Positions 8,376 to 16,816 of a stretch of 45,671 nucleotides of DNA are shown here, piece after piece. The translations under genes were made by a program, and so were the position numbers. Under the pieces are notes generated by a model that was not told where the DNA came from, did no database searches, and worked only from the letters and a program-made list of their open reading frames with translations. Numbering within the stretch: the first letter of the stretch is position 1; each line of letters opens with the position of its first letter. The stretch is from contig JBGQHJ010000021.1 of the NCBI GenBank assembly GCA_041497895.1, positions 1 through 45,671 of the forward strand, written 5' to 3'. This DNA comes from Candidatus Methylomirabilia bacterium (lineage in GTDB: Bacteria > Methylomirabilota > Methylomirabilia > Rokubacteriales > CSP1-6).

Positions 8376-9613
8376 CGCCGGGGAGCGGAGCCTGGCTGCT
8401 CGCGATCTGCGTCTCGCGCGTCGGCGCCTACATGATCTACATCGCCTACGCCGCCGCCCTCCCCGTGCTGCAGCGGGAGTGGGACATGTCGGCCACCGCG
8501 GCGGGCGGGATCGCGTCATGCTTCCAGCTCGCCTACGCGATCTCGCTGATGGGCTGCTCCGAGATCGCTGACCGCGTGGGCGCCCAGCGCGTGTTCCTCG
8601 TCGGCACCCTGGCCTCGGCGGTAATGGCCGCGCTCTTCGCGCTCCTCGCCCGCGACTACTGGTCGGGCCTGGTCCTCTACACCTTGCTGGCCCTCGCTCT
8701 CGGCGGCACCTACACCACCGGGGTGCTGCTGGTGGCCGAGAACGTCCCGGCGGCCCGCCGGGGGCGCGCCATGGGCTTCTTCCTGGCCGGTCACTCCCTC
8801 GGCCTCGCCCTCGCGCTGGCCCTCACCGGCATCGCGGTGTCGCGCGGCGGCTACCCGCTCGCGTTCGCACTCGTCGCGGCGGGCCCGATCGTGGGCGGCG
8901 GGCTCGCCTGGTGGGTGGTGCGCGACACCCCGAACGTGGTCACGCCCCGCGCCGGGGGCGAGCGCTTCGCGGGCGCGGTGCTCCGCAATCGCCCGGCCAT
9001 GCTGGTGATCGCGGGCTACACCTTCCACTCCTGGGAGCTGCTCGGCATGTGGGCCTGGACGCCCGCGTTCCTGGCCGCGTGCTTCGTGGCGACCGGCTCC
9101 ACGCTCGATCGCGGGGCCGGTCTGGGCGCCTACATGACCTCGCTCTTCCACGTGACCGGCATGCTCGCCTCGATGCTCGCGGGCATCCTCGCCGATCGCC
9201 TGGGGCGCGTCCCGGTCATGCTCATGATGGCCTCGCTGAGCGCGGGCTGCTCGCTCGTGTTCGGCTGGCTGCTCGGCACCCCGGTGGCGGTGGTGGTCGC
9301 GCTCGGCCTCGTCTACGGCTTCGCCGCGCTCGGTGACTCGCCGATCTACTCGACCGCGATCACCGAGGTGGTGACCCCGGCCTTCCGCGGCGCCGCGCTG
9401 GCTCTCCGCTCGCTCGCCGGCTACGGCGCGGGCGCGATCGCCCCGCTGCTCTTCGGGGCCATCCTCGACTGGTACGGCGGGCGCAGCGCGCAGGCGTGGG
9501 GCTGGGCGTTCGTCAGCCTCGGCGTGGCGGGCCTCGTCGCGGTGGCGTCGGTCCTCATGCTGAAGCGCGCTCCCGGGGCCCACGTGCTCGAGCGCGCGAA
9601 GGCGCAGCCGTGA
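8372..9613 (+). CDS. MFS transporter, 413 aa
   Basis: About 12 TM helices, ADRVG and LADRLGR motif-A variants; ATGA-coupled to arsC. Confidence 0.9.
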   Translation: MTPGSGAWLLAICVSRVGAYMIYIAYAAALPVLQREWDMSATAAGGIASCFQLAYAISLMGCSEIADRVGAQRVFLVGTLASAVMAALFALLARDYWSGLVLYTLLALALGGTYTTGVLLVAENVPAARRGRAMGFFLAGHSLGLALALALTGIAVSRGGYPLAFALVAAGPIVGGGLAWWVVRDTPNVVTPRAGGERFAGAVLRNRPAMLVIAGYTFHSWELLGMWAWTPAFLAACFVATGSTLDRGAGLGAYMTSLFHVTGMLASMLAGILADRLGRVPVMLMMASLSAGCSLVFGWLLGTPVAVVVALGLVYGFAALGDSPIYSTAITEVVTPAFRGAALALRSLAGYGAGAIAPLLFGAILDWYGGRSAQAWGWAFVSLGVAGLVAVASVLMLKRAPGAHVLERAKAQP

Positions 9614-9847
9614 TCGCGAACGGCGCACGCCCGGATCGCGCGCGGCGGGTGACCGCGGAGGCGGTGGGCACCGCATTCCTGCTCGCGGCGGTGATCGGCT
9701 CCGGCATCATGGGCGAGCGACACCTTCGCGGGGATCCGGCCCGCCGACGCCCCCGCCTTCATCGCGGCCCAGCTGGTGGGCGCGGCGGCGGCGACGGGGT
9801 ACTTCCGCTGGCTCCTGCGGCCTCCCCGAGCAGCCTCTCGACGATGA
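9610..9847 (+). pseudogene. aqpS: Aquaglyceroporin (AqpS/MIP) remnant with large internal deletion
   Basis: N-terminal RRVTAEAVGTAFLLAAVIGSGIMGER joined out of frame at about 9719 to C-terminal DTFAGIRPADAPAFIAAQLVGAAAATGYFRWL; both NPA loops are absent. Confidence 0.8.
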
Positions 9848-10316
9848 CGCAGTCGCGCCACTCCCCGGCGAGTTTGCCGTGGCGGGCGTACACCCCGACG
9901 GTGCGGAAGCCGGCCCGCTCGTGCAGGGCCAGGCTCGCCACGTTCTCCGGGAAGATCCGGGAGACGAGCTTCCAGAAGCCGCGCGCCTCGTAGCAGCGGC
10001 AGAGCGCGTCGAGCGCGGCGCGGCCCGCCCCGTGACCGCGCGCGCTCCGGTCCACGTAGACCGAGTGCTCGGCCACGCCCGCATAGGCGGGCCGCCCGCG
10101 GTAGGCCCCGGCGGACGCCCACGCCACCACCACCCCGTCGCGCTCGACCACCACGGTCGGGTACCGGTCGCCCTTGCTCGCGAGCTGGGCCCGGATGTCC
10201 TCCGCGCTCCGCGGCTCCGTCTCGAAGGTGGCGATGCGCTCCTCGATGCCCTGGTTGTAGATGCGGGCGATCGCGCCCGCGTCCTCGGGTCCGGCGAGCC
10301 GGGTGGTCACGCTCAT
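9759..10316 (-). CDS. GNAT N-acetyltransferase, ArsN1/phosphinothricin acetyltransferase-like
   Basis: IYNQGIEERIATFE, YAGVAEHSVYV, SRIFPENVASLALH...GF...HGKLAGEWRD motifs; adjacent to the ars genes. Confidence 0.85.
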   Translation of the reverse strand: MSVTTRLAGPEDAGAIARIYNQGIEERIATFETEPRSAEDIRAQLASKGDRYPTVVVERDGVVVAWASAGAYRGRPAYAGVAEHSVYVDRSARGHGAGRAALDALCRCYEARGFWKLVSRIFPENVASLALHERAGFRTVGVYARHGKLAGEWRDCVIVERLLGEAAGASGSTPSPPPRPPAGPR

Positions 10317-10342
10317 GGCGCGGTAACTGTATCATCGCGGGC

Positions 10343-11686
10343 ATGGACCGTGCCGCGCTCACGCGGCTGCGCGGCTGGCTCGCGCGCGCCGACCTCGTCG
10401 CGATCGATCCGGAGAGCGTGGAGCGTCTCCGGAGCGCGCTCGACGAGCCCGACCCGCCGGTCACCGCGGGACGCGGGGGCGCGCTCATCGCGTACACGCC
10501 GGGCCCCGGCCGCCGGCGGCTGCTCCAGCTCGACCGCCGCGGCCACCTGATCGCCGCGTGGCGGTGGCGCGCCGACGACCGGCTCGCGTGGACGAAGTGC
10601 CTCCTGCCCGACGGGCGCTGGCTCGGGATCGAGCCCGCCGTCGACACCCATCCGGCCTGGGGCCTTTCGGATCGGGTGTGGCAGGTGGCGGCCGACGCGC
10701 CGTGGCAGCCTCGCGAGGCGCTCACGCTCTTCCAGTCCCTGGACTACGCGCGCCCGGACTTCATCCCCCCGCTCGCCGAGCCGCGCCGCCTACCCGCGGG
10801 AGGCGGGACCGCGCTGCTCAACCTGATCGCGGGCCTGATGAAGGACCACGGGGTCTCCACGGTGCGCTACCGGGGCCCCTACCCGACCGAGCATCTCTTC
10901 ACCGCGCTGCTCGAGTGCTTCCGCTACGACGCGGGGGAGGCCCTCCCGCTCGAGCGCTTCCTGGCCGACGGGGCGCTCGACTGGCATCCCGCGCCGTTCG
11001 AGACGCACCACGTGACGTCCGGCGTCGTGGTGCAGCTCCGCCACGAGGTGGACAAGGTGATCCTCGACGGCGTCCCGTTCTATCGCGCGGAGTGGCAGGA
11101 CATCCGGCGGCGCGAGCCCCGCGTGGTCCGGACCGACGGCGACCGCGTGGTCTGCTCGCTCTGGGCGCTCGGCGGCCCGATCGAGGATCGGCTCGTGCTC
11201 GATCGCCTGGGCGAGGTGCGCGAGACGCCCGCGCCGGCGGCGGACACCTCGGCGCCCGCCCCGCTGCCGCCGGTCTGGCCGGTGGCCCTCGGCGAGCTGA
11301 TCGCCCGCGAGAGCGCACCCGCGCTGGCCGCCGACATCGCGCGGGTCACCGCCGGCCTCGCGCTCGAGTGGGGCCCGGTGCCGGGCGACCTGCTGCGCGT
11401 GCACGGCCAGCGGGTTCGCCTGAGCCGCCGGCTGCGCGAGGCCGGGATGGCCGCGCTCACCGGCGCCGCGTCGCCGCCCGAGCGCGCCGAGCAGGCCCTG
11501 CGCTTCGTGCTGGAGGTGGCCCGGCTCCTCGGCCCCGAGGTCCGCCTCCGTGCCCAGGCCCGGCTCGAGACCCTCGACGAGGCCGAGCAGCGCCGCATCC
11601 TGGAAGAAGCGCCCGTGGAGCTGCCCGAGGCCCTCGGCGAGTCGGTCGGCCGCCTCCTCGCCCTGGTAATCCGGGGCGGGGGCTGA
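10343..11686 (+). CDS. Hypothetical protein, 447 aa
   Basis: Long ORF with normal amino-acid composition, TATCAT 7 nt before the ATG; no domain recognised. Confidence 0.8.
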   Translation: MDRAALTRLRGWLARADLVAIDPESVERLRSALDEPDPPVTAGRGGALIAYTPGPGRRRLLQLDRRGHLIAAWRWRADDRLAWTKCLLPDGRWLGIEPAVDTHPAWGLSDRVWQVAADAPWQPREALTLFQSLDYARPDFIPPLAEPRRLPAGGGTALLNLIAGLMKDHGVSTVRYRGPYPTEHLFTALLECFRYDAGEALPLERFLADGALDWHPAPFETHHVTSGVVVQLRHEVDKVILDGVPFYRAEWQDIRRREPRVVRTDGDRVVCSLWALGGPIEDRLVLDRLGEVRETPAPAADTSAPAPLPPVWPVALGELIARESAPALAADIARVTAGLALEWGPVPGDLLRVHGQRVRLSRRLREAGMAALTGAASPPERAEQALRFVLEVARLLGPEVRLRAQARLETLDEAEQRRILEEAPVELPEALGESVGRLLALVIRGGG

Positions 11687-11739
11687 GCAGAGATCAGGGC
11701 ACGAGCAAGATCTCGCCGGTTGCCCGCCGACTGGGGGAG

Positions 11740-11766
11740 TGCGGGGGCCATGTCTGGGCCCCCGCA
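11740..11766. repeat. GC-rich palindrome between convergent genes (REP-like or terminator)
   Basis: TGCGGGGGCC-atgtctg-GGCCCCCGCA, a perfect 10-bp stem. Confidence 0.65.
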
Positions 11767-11809
11767 GATGAAGAGCTTGAAGAAGTAAACGGTCGCCCGC
11801 TGCGACCTG

Positions 11810-13063
11810 CTAAGACTTCCCCGCCCGCGTGAGCAGCCAGACGTTCAGGAGCACGAAGCCCGCGAGCGAGGCGACCGAGAGCGTGAAGTAGGCGAGGCAG
11901 ATCGCCTCCTGGCGGGTGAGCCAGGTGGCGGTCCGGACGCGGCGCCAGAGCGACTCGCGCACGAACCGCACCGAGTCGTGGTTCAGAGTCGGCACGCCCA
12001 CCATCTCCACCAGGATGTGGTAGCCGTCCATCTCGAGGAACCAGAACGGGTACAGGCTGATCAGGAACGACTGCAGCTGCAGCAATGCGGAGGCGGCGAG
12101 AAAGCCCTGGATGAGGCCGTTACCGAGCCGCGCGGCGACCCAGAAGCAGAAGAACCCGAGGAAGAGATGGAAGAGCGGTCCGGCCACCGCGTTGACGATG
12201 CGGGCCCGGCGCGTGGCCATGAAGATGTCGGTGACGTCGGCGTAGAAGGTCGGGATGAAGCCGTGCAGGATCGTGAAGCCGAACTCACGCACCCGTCGTC
12301 GGTAGTGGATGCACGCCAGCGCATGGATGATCTGGTGGTTGACCACGGTGAGCCAGAACACGATCTTCACGAGCAGGATCGCCACCAGCGGATGGCTCGC
12401 GAGCCCGTGGGTCACCTCCCCGAGGTCGCGCCAGATCGTGATCGCGCTGCGGCCGCCCAGCACCACCATGATCGCGAGCGCGGCCAGGGCCCACGGGGTG
12501 AAGAGCAGGAACCCGCCGTAGCGGTACACCCGCTCGAAGAACTGGTGCGACCGGCGGCTCGTGACGGTCAGGCGCTCGAGCGCGTGGAGCGTGCCCTCCA
12601 TCGCGCGGGCGGCCGGGTTGCGGCGGTTCCGCGCCAGCACCGCGCGCAGGCGCGACACCGGGCGCATGGTCAGCAGGTCGGCGCGCAGCAGCTTGACGAT
12701 CAGGGTCGGGATGATCTCGAAGTCGAAGGAGCCGTAGTGCAGCAGGTAGGACGTCCCGATCTCCTGGAGCGAGGCCCGCCCGTCCATCTGGCCCCAGAGG
12801 AACTTCTCGGTCTCGGTGATCTGGATGATCACCTCGGTGCGACGGTTCTTGAGCGCGTAGGTGACCACGCCCTGCGGAGCATAGGGCAGGCGCGCCATCT
12901 CCCAGTCGGCGTCGGGGATGCGCTGGGGGCGGCTGTGGAGGTAGGCGACCGCGCTCGGGATCTCGCGCGTCTCGAAGCCCTGGCCGTCCTGCTCCCGCAC
13001 CAGCAGCTCGATGCGCGTGCGCTTCGGTCTGCTCTCTGCGGCCTTGTCGCCGACCTCGCTCAC
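11810..13063 (-). CDS. PqqD/RRE-like domain fused to an M50 (site-2 protease-like) membrane domain with HQxxH motif
   Basis: TYALKN...FLWGQMDGRASLQEI...LIVKLLRADLL (RRE-like); HQIIHALAC, FYADVTD, NAVAGP and PFWFLEMDGY (M50-like). Confidence 0.75.
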   Translation of the reverse strand: MSEVGDKAAESRPKRTRIELLVREQDGQGFETREIPSAVAYLHSRPQRIPDADWEMARLPYAPQGVVTYALKNRRTEVIIQITETEKFLWGQMDGRASLQEIGTSYLLHYGSFDFEIIPTLIVKLLRADLLTMRPVSRLRAVLARNRRNPAARAMEGTLHALERLTVTSRRSHQFFERVYRYGGFLLFTPWALAALAIMVVLGGRSAITIWRDLGEVTHGLASHPLVAILLVKIVFWLTVVNHQIIHALACIHYRRRVREFGFTILHGFIPTFYADVTDIFMATRRARIVNAVAGPLFHLFLGFFCFWVAARLGNGLIQGFLAASALLQLQSFLISLYPFWFLEMDGYHILVEMVGVPTLNHDSVRFVRESLWRRVRTATWLTRQEAICLAYFTLSVASLAGFVLLNVWLLTRAGKS

Positions 13064-13082
13064 GCTCGAGCTCCCGGAGGCG

Positions 13083-13583
13083 CTACTTGTGCTCGATGTC
13101 GAGGCCGGTGGCCTCCAGCCCCCAGCGGGTCACCTCGGCGACGAGGTCGGAGGAGTCGCGCAGCCGCTTGAAGGCCACCTGGGCCATCTGCTGGAAGAAC
13201 TTGGCCGCCGCGACCGGGCTCCCGGTGACGAAGCGGTTGAGGCTGTCGCGGTCCAGGCTGTAGAGCACGCTGTCGGTCTCGGCCTGGCAGGTGGCGGAGC
13301 GCCGGCGCTCGTCGCCGAAGAGGCTCATCTCGCCGAACGCCTCCCCCGAGCCGAGTCGCGAGAGCACCTGCTCGACCCGCCCGGTGACCGGCTTCGAGAC
13401 CACGATGCTGCCGTCCTTGATCAGGAACAGCTCCTCGCCGGGATCGCCCGCGCGGAAGAGCACGTCGCCCTTCTTGAGGCGGCGCTCCCGGAAGCCGGGC
13501 CAGAGGGCCAGCAGGACGGGCTCCTGCACGTCCCTGAACAGCACCACCCGCCGAAGGAAGCCGATCTCGGGGAGGTTGGCCAC
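13083..13583 (-). CDS. Stand-alone cyclic-nucleotide-binding domain protein (no HTH)
   Basis: LFRAGDPGEELFLIKDGSI and GEAFGEMSLF...RRSATCQA phosphate-binding cassette; 166 aa. Confidence 0.9.
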   Translation of the reverse strand: MANLPEIGFLRRVVLFRDVQEPVLLALWPGFRERRLKKGDVLFRAGDPGEELFLIKDGSIVVSKPVTGRVEQVLSRLGSGEAFGEMSLFGDERRRSATCQAETDSVLYSLDRDSLNRFVTGSPVAAAKFFQQMAQVAFKRLRDSSDLVAEVTRWGLEATGLDIEHK

Positions 13584-13609
13584 TCAGCGCCGTCCGGCGA
13601 GTGCCTGCA

Positions 13610-13831
13610 TCAGGTGGCCCAGCGCTTGAGCATGACGTTCTGCAAGGCCCGCGCCCGCTCGCGGTCGGAGACCTGCGGGGTGCTGCCGAGGGCGTGCATG
13701 ATGGCGGCACGCTCGTCGGCGGAGAGCTCGAAGCCCGCCAGCACTCGCGCGGGGTCCCTCACCAGATCGGCAAGGAACTCCTTGTCGATCATCACCTGCC
13801 CGACCAGGTCCTGGATCCCCTTGCCCGCCAC
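13610..13831 (-). CDS. Small NHLP-clan (Os1348-like) leader-type protein, 73 aa
   Basis: IQDLVGQVMIDKEFLADLVRDPARVLAGFELSADERAAI matches the DxxF...L..DP..L....LsxeE pattern; SD GAGGT before GTG. Confidence 0.65.
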   Translation of the reverse strand: MAGKGIQDLVGQVMIDKEFLADLVRDPARVLAGFELSADERAAIMHALGSTPQVSDRERARALQNVMLKRWAT

Positions 13832-13847
13832 GCGCCGACCTCGACTT

Positions 13848-13887
13848 TTCCGGGCCGTAGATCTCGACCCGGAAGCTCAATTTATCA
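13848..13887 (-). promoter_or_regulatory. Extended -10 promoter and 5' stem-loop for the three-gene operon
   Basis: TGATAAATT on the minus strand (13887-13879) in an AT-rich patch; hairpin TTCCGGGTCG...CGGCCCGGAA (13874-13848). Confidence 0.5.
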
Positions 13888-13916
13888 GAAGTGGCGCGGT
13901 TTTAATAGCCTCTTCC

Positions 13917-15161
13917 TCACTCGTACCGGAGGGCGTCGATCGGGTTGAGGGCGGCGGCCTTCCGGGCCGGGTAAAAACCGAAGAAGACCCCCACCGCGGC
14001 GGCGAAACCGAAGGCCACGACCACCGCCTCGGTGCTCACCAGGGTGCGCCACTGCGCGAAGTAGGCGATCGCGTACGAGCCGGCCAGCCCCATCGTGATG
14101 CCGACGACGCCGCCGATCAGCGAGAGGGTCACCGCCTCGACGAGGAACTGCAGGAGGATGTCCCGCCCGCGCGCGCCGACCGCCATGCGCAGCCCGATCT
14201 CGCGGGTCCGCTCGGTGACCGACACCAGCATGATGTTCATGATGCCGATGCCGCCCACCAGCAGGGAGACGGAGGCGATGGCCGCGAGCAGCAGGGTCAG
14301 CACCCGGGACGAAGCCTCCTGCGACTGCAGCACCTCGGTCAGGTTGCGGATGTTGAAGTCGTCGTCCTGGAAGGACTGCAGACGGTGCCGCTGGCGCAGG
14401 AGCCCGCGGATCTCCTGCTCGGCCTCCGGCATCGCGCGCGCCTCGCGCACCTTGACCGCGATGGAGCCCACCGACCGCGCGTTGGCCTGGCTCGCGCCCA
14501 GCACCTTCTTCTTGGCGGTGCTGAGCGGGATCAGCACCGTGTCGTCCTGGTCCTGGCCGAAGGTGGTCTGGCCCTTGCGCTCGAGCACGCCGATGACCGT
14601 GAACGGCACGTTCTTGATCCGGATCACCTGGCCGAGCGGCTCGCCGTCGCCGAACAGGTTGCCGGTGACGGTCTGGCCGAGGAGGGCCACCTTGCCGGCG
14701 CCGTCGATCTCCTCCTGGCTGAACACGCGCCCGTCGGCCACATCCCACTCGCGCGCGGTGAAGAACTCGAGCGTCACGCCCTGGATGCCGGTGGCCCAGT
14801 TCAGGTTGCCGTACACGACCTGCGCGCCGCCGCGCGAGGTGGGCGCCGCCGCGGCCACCGCCGCGATCTCCCGCTGGATGGCCCACGCGTCGTCCTCGGT
14901 GATGGTCAGCTGGCTGCCCGAGCCCATCCGGACCCCACCGGCCAGCACCGAGCCCGAGAGCACGATGAGCATGTTCGAGCCCAGGCTCTGGATCTGCTCG
15001 GCGACGCGCGCCTGGGCTCCCGCTCCCACCGCCACCATGGTGATGACGGCGCCCACCCCGATCACGATCCCGAGCATGGTGAGCGCGCTCCGGAGCTTGT
15101 TCACCCGGAGCGCCCGGACCGCGATGCGGGCGCTGGCCCACGCGCTGCCCCACACGCCCAT
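13917..15161 (-). CDS. MacB/FtsX-type ABC transporter permease without ATPase domain
   Basis: NKLRSALTMLGIVIGV, GGIGIMNIMLVSVTERTREIGLRMAVGA and PARKAAALNPIDALRYE; SD GGAGGAGG before ATG 15161. Confidence 0.93.
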   Translation of the reverse strand: MGVWGSAWASARIAVRALRVNKLRSALTMLGIVIGVGAVITMVAVGAGAQARVAEQIQSLGSNMLIVLSGSVLAGGVRMGSGSQLTITEDDAWAIQREIAAVAAAAPTSRGGAQVVYGNLNWATGIQGVTLEFFTAREWDVADGRVFSQEEIDGAGKVALLGQTVTGNLFGDGEPLGQVIRIKNVPFTVIGVLERKGQTTFGQDQDDTVLIPLSTAKKKVLGASQANARSVGSIAVKVREARAMPEAEQEIRGLLRQRHRLQSFQDDDFNIRNLTEVLQSQEASSRVLTLLLAAIASVSLLVGGIGIMNIMLVSVTERTREIGLRMAVGARGRDILLQFLVEAVTLSLIGGVVGITMGLAGSYAIAYFAQWRTLVSTEAVVVAFGFAAAVGVFFGFYPARKAAALNPIDALRYE

Positions 15162-15263
15162 GCCGTCCTCCTCCGCCCGCTCATCACCTGCTGATGGGTG
15201 GCTGCTGATGGGTGCCAAAGGGCTGCGGCCCGCGGGGTGGGCGGCCGAGTCCGGACTCGCTCA

Positions 15264-15293
15264 CCTGACGAGCCAGCCCGGCCCCCGGTTGAC
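15264..15293 (-). promoter_or_regulatory. ECF-type promoter facing the MacB permease
   Basis: GTCAAC-N17-CGTCAGG on the minus strand. Confidence 0.65.
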
Positions 15294-15303
15294 CCCAGGG
15301 CCT

Positions 15304-15333
15304 GTCAACGGATCACCACTTTCGTTCGTCAGG
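15304..15333 (+). promoter_or_regulatory. ECF-type autoregulatory promoter
   Basis: GTCAAC-N17-CGTCAGG directly upstream of the ECF sigma gene. Confidence 0.7.
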
Positions 15334-15351
15334 ACCGATGAGAGGGCGAGG

Positions 15352-15882
15352 GTGGACCGTCAGAGGGACGTGGAGCCCTCGCCTAGCCATGAGACGATCG
15401 TGATCGCCCACTACGGGCGCCTGCGGCGGCTGTGCCGCCTGCTGCTGGGCGACCCCCAGGAGGCCGAGGACGTGGTGCAGGAGGTGTTCCTGAAGGCGCA
15501 CGAGGCGGAGCAGGGCGGCCGGCCCCCGATGGACTGGGCCGCCTGGCTCACCCGGGTCGCGGTCAACGCCTGCCGCGACCGGCGGCGGGCCGGGGGCTGG
15601 ATGCGCTTCCGGCTCCGCAGCACCCACATCGACGACCTGCCGCTGGTGGCGGACACCCCGGGCCCAGGCGACGCCGCGGTCGGCGAGGAGACCCGGCGGC
15701 GCATATGGACGGCCTTTCGCGAGCTGCCGCGCCGGCAGCAGGAGGTGTTCGCGCTCCGCTACATCGAGGAGCAGGCGACCGCCGACGTCGCGCTCGCGCT
15801 CGGCCTTTCCCCGGGCAGCGTGAAGCGTCATCTCTACCGGGCCGTCCGCCATCTCCGGCGCACCCTGGGGGACGCGCGGTGA
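15352..15882 (+). CDS. ECF RNA polymerase sigma factor (start GTG 15352 or 15370)
   Basis: EAEDVVQEVFLKA and WLTRVAVNACRD (region 2); LPRRQQEVFALRY...VALALGLSPGSVKRHLYRA (region 4). Confidence 0.92.
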   Translation: MDRQRDVEPSPSHETIVIAHYGRLRRLCRLLLGDPQEAEDVVQEVFLKAHEAEQGGRPPMDWAAWLTRVAVNACRDRRRAGGWMRFRLRSTHIDDLPLVADTPGPGDAAVGEETRRRIWTAFRELPRRQQEVFALRYIEEQATADVALALGLSPGSVKRHLYRAVRHLRRTLGDAR

Positions 15883-16334
15883 GCGCCTGCCTGTCGGACG
15901 ACGCGCTGGCGCGCGTGCATGCCGACCTCGCGTCGATCCCCGAGCGGGCGCACCTGGCCGCCTGCGCGACGTGCACCGGGCGCTCGCGGCAGCTGCGCCG
16001 CAATCTCGACGTCATCACCGCGGTCCTGCGCGACACGCGCGAGCCGCTGACCCGGATCGCGCCCGCGCGCCGGCGCTGGCTGCCCGCCGCAGTCGGGCTC
16101 TCCGCGGCCGCGGTCGCCCTCCTGGTGTGGGTGGAGGTCGCGGTCTGGCGCGCGGTGACCCCGGTGCCGCCGTCGATGCAGCCGCAGGAGGTCGCCGCGA
16201 TCCTGTCGGACGTCTCCGCGTCGCTCTTCTCGGTGAGCGGCGACCCGGCGCCGGGCGCGGGCGACGACGCGCCGCTGAGCCTCGAGAGCATGGCGCGCGA
16301 GGTCGACAGCACCCTCACCGGAGACGAGCCGTGA
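15879..16334 (+). CDS. Putative zinc-binding (ZAS) transmembrane anti-sigma factor
   Basis: HLAACATC (HxxxCxxC), one TM helix, GTGA-coupled to the sigma gene. Confidence 0.75.
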   Translation: MSACLSDDALARVHADLASIPERAHLAACATCTGRSRQLRRNLDVITAVLRDTREPLTRIAPARRRWLPAAVGLSAAAVALLVWVEVAVWRAVTPVPPSMQPQEVAAILSDVSASLFSVSGDPAPGAGDDAPLSLESMAREVDSTLTGDEP

Positions 16335-16810
16335 GGCGCGCGATCGCGGGCGTCCTGCTGGTGGCCGCCGTCTCGGCAACACCGGCGCTCGCCCAGAGCC
16401 CGGGTCGCGAGTCGTCGTCGATGCGCTGGAGCGCGGGGCGCGGGGACGGCGAGCTCTGGCTGATGATCCGCGCCGCCAATCTCACGCCGGAGCAGCAGAC
16501 CCGCGTCCGCGCCATCCTGTCCGCGCACCGGGCCACCGCGCGCCCGCTGATCGAGCAGCTCCGACAGACGCAGCAGGAGCTGGGCGGCAAGCTGCTCGCG
16601 CCCGGCCAGGTGCAGGCCGCGGATCTCCAGCCCCAGCTCCAGCGGATCGGCCAGCTCCGCGATCAGCTCGCCCAGGACAGCGCGGGCGCGGCCCTCGAGG
16701 TCCGGGCCGTGCTCACGCCCGAGCAGCTCGCCCGGGTCGCGCAGACGAAGGAGCGACTCCGGCAGCTGCGCGAGGAGATGCGCCAGCTCATGCAGCCTAC
16801 CCGGCCCTAG
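16331..16810 (+). CDS. Spy/CpxP-like periplasmic protein
   Basis: Signal peptide ending ALA; two LTPEQ (LTxxQ) motifs; helical. Confidence 0.8.
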   Translation: MRRAIAGVLLVAAVSATPALAQSPGRESSSMRWSAGRGDGELWLMIRAANLTPEQQTRVRAILSAHRATARPLIEQLRQTQQELGGKLLAPGQVQAADLQPQLQRIGQLRDQLAQDSAGAALEVRAVLTPEQLARVAQTKERLRQLREEMRQLMQPTRP

Positions 16811-16816
16811 CGACCC

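Noticed and set aside
13891..13906. TGGCGC-ggtt-TTAA as a sigma54 promoter
   Set aside because: Lacks the -12 TTGC and faces no gene on the plus strand.
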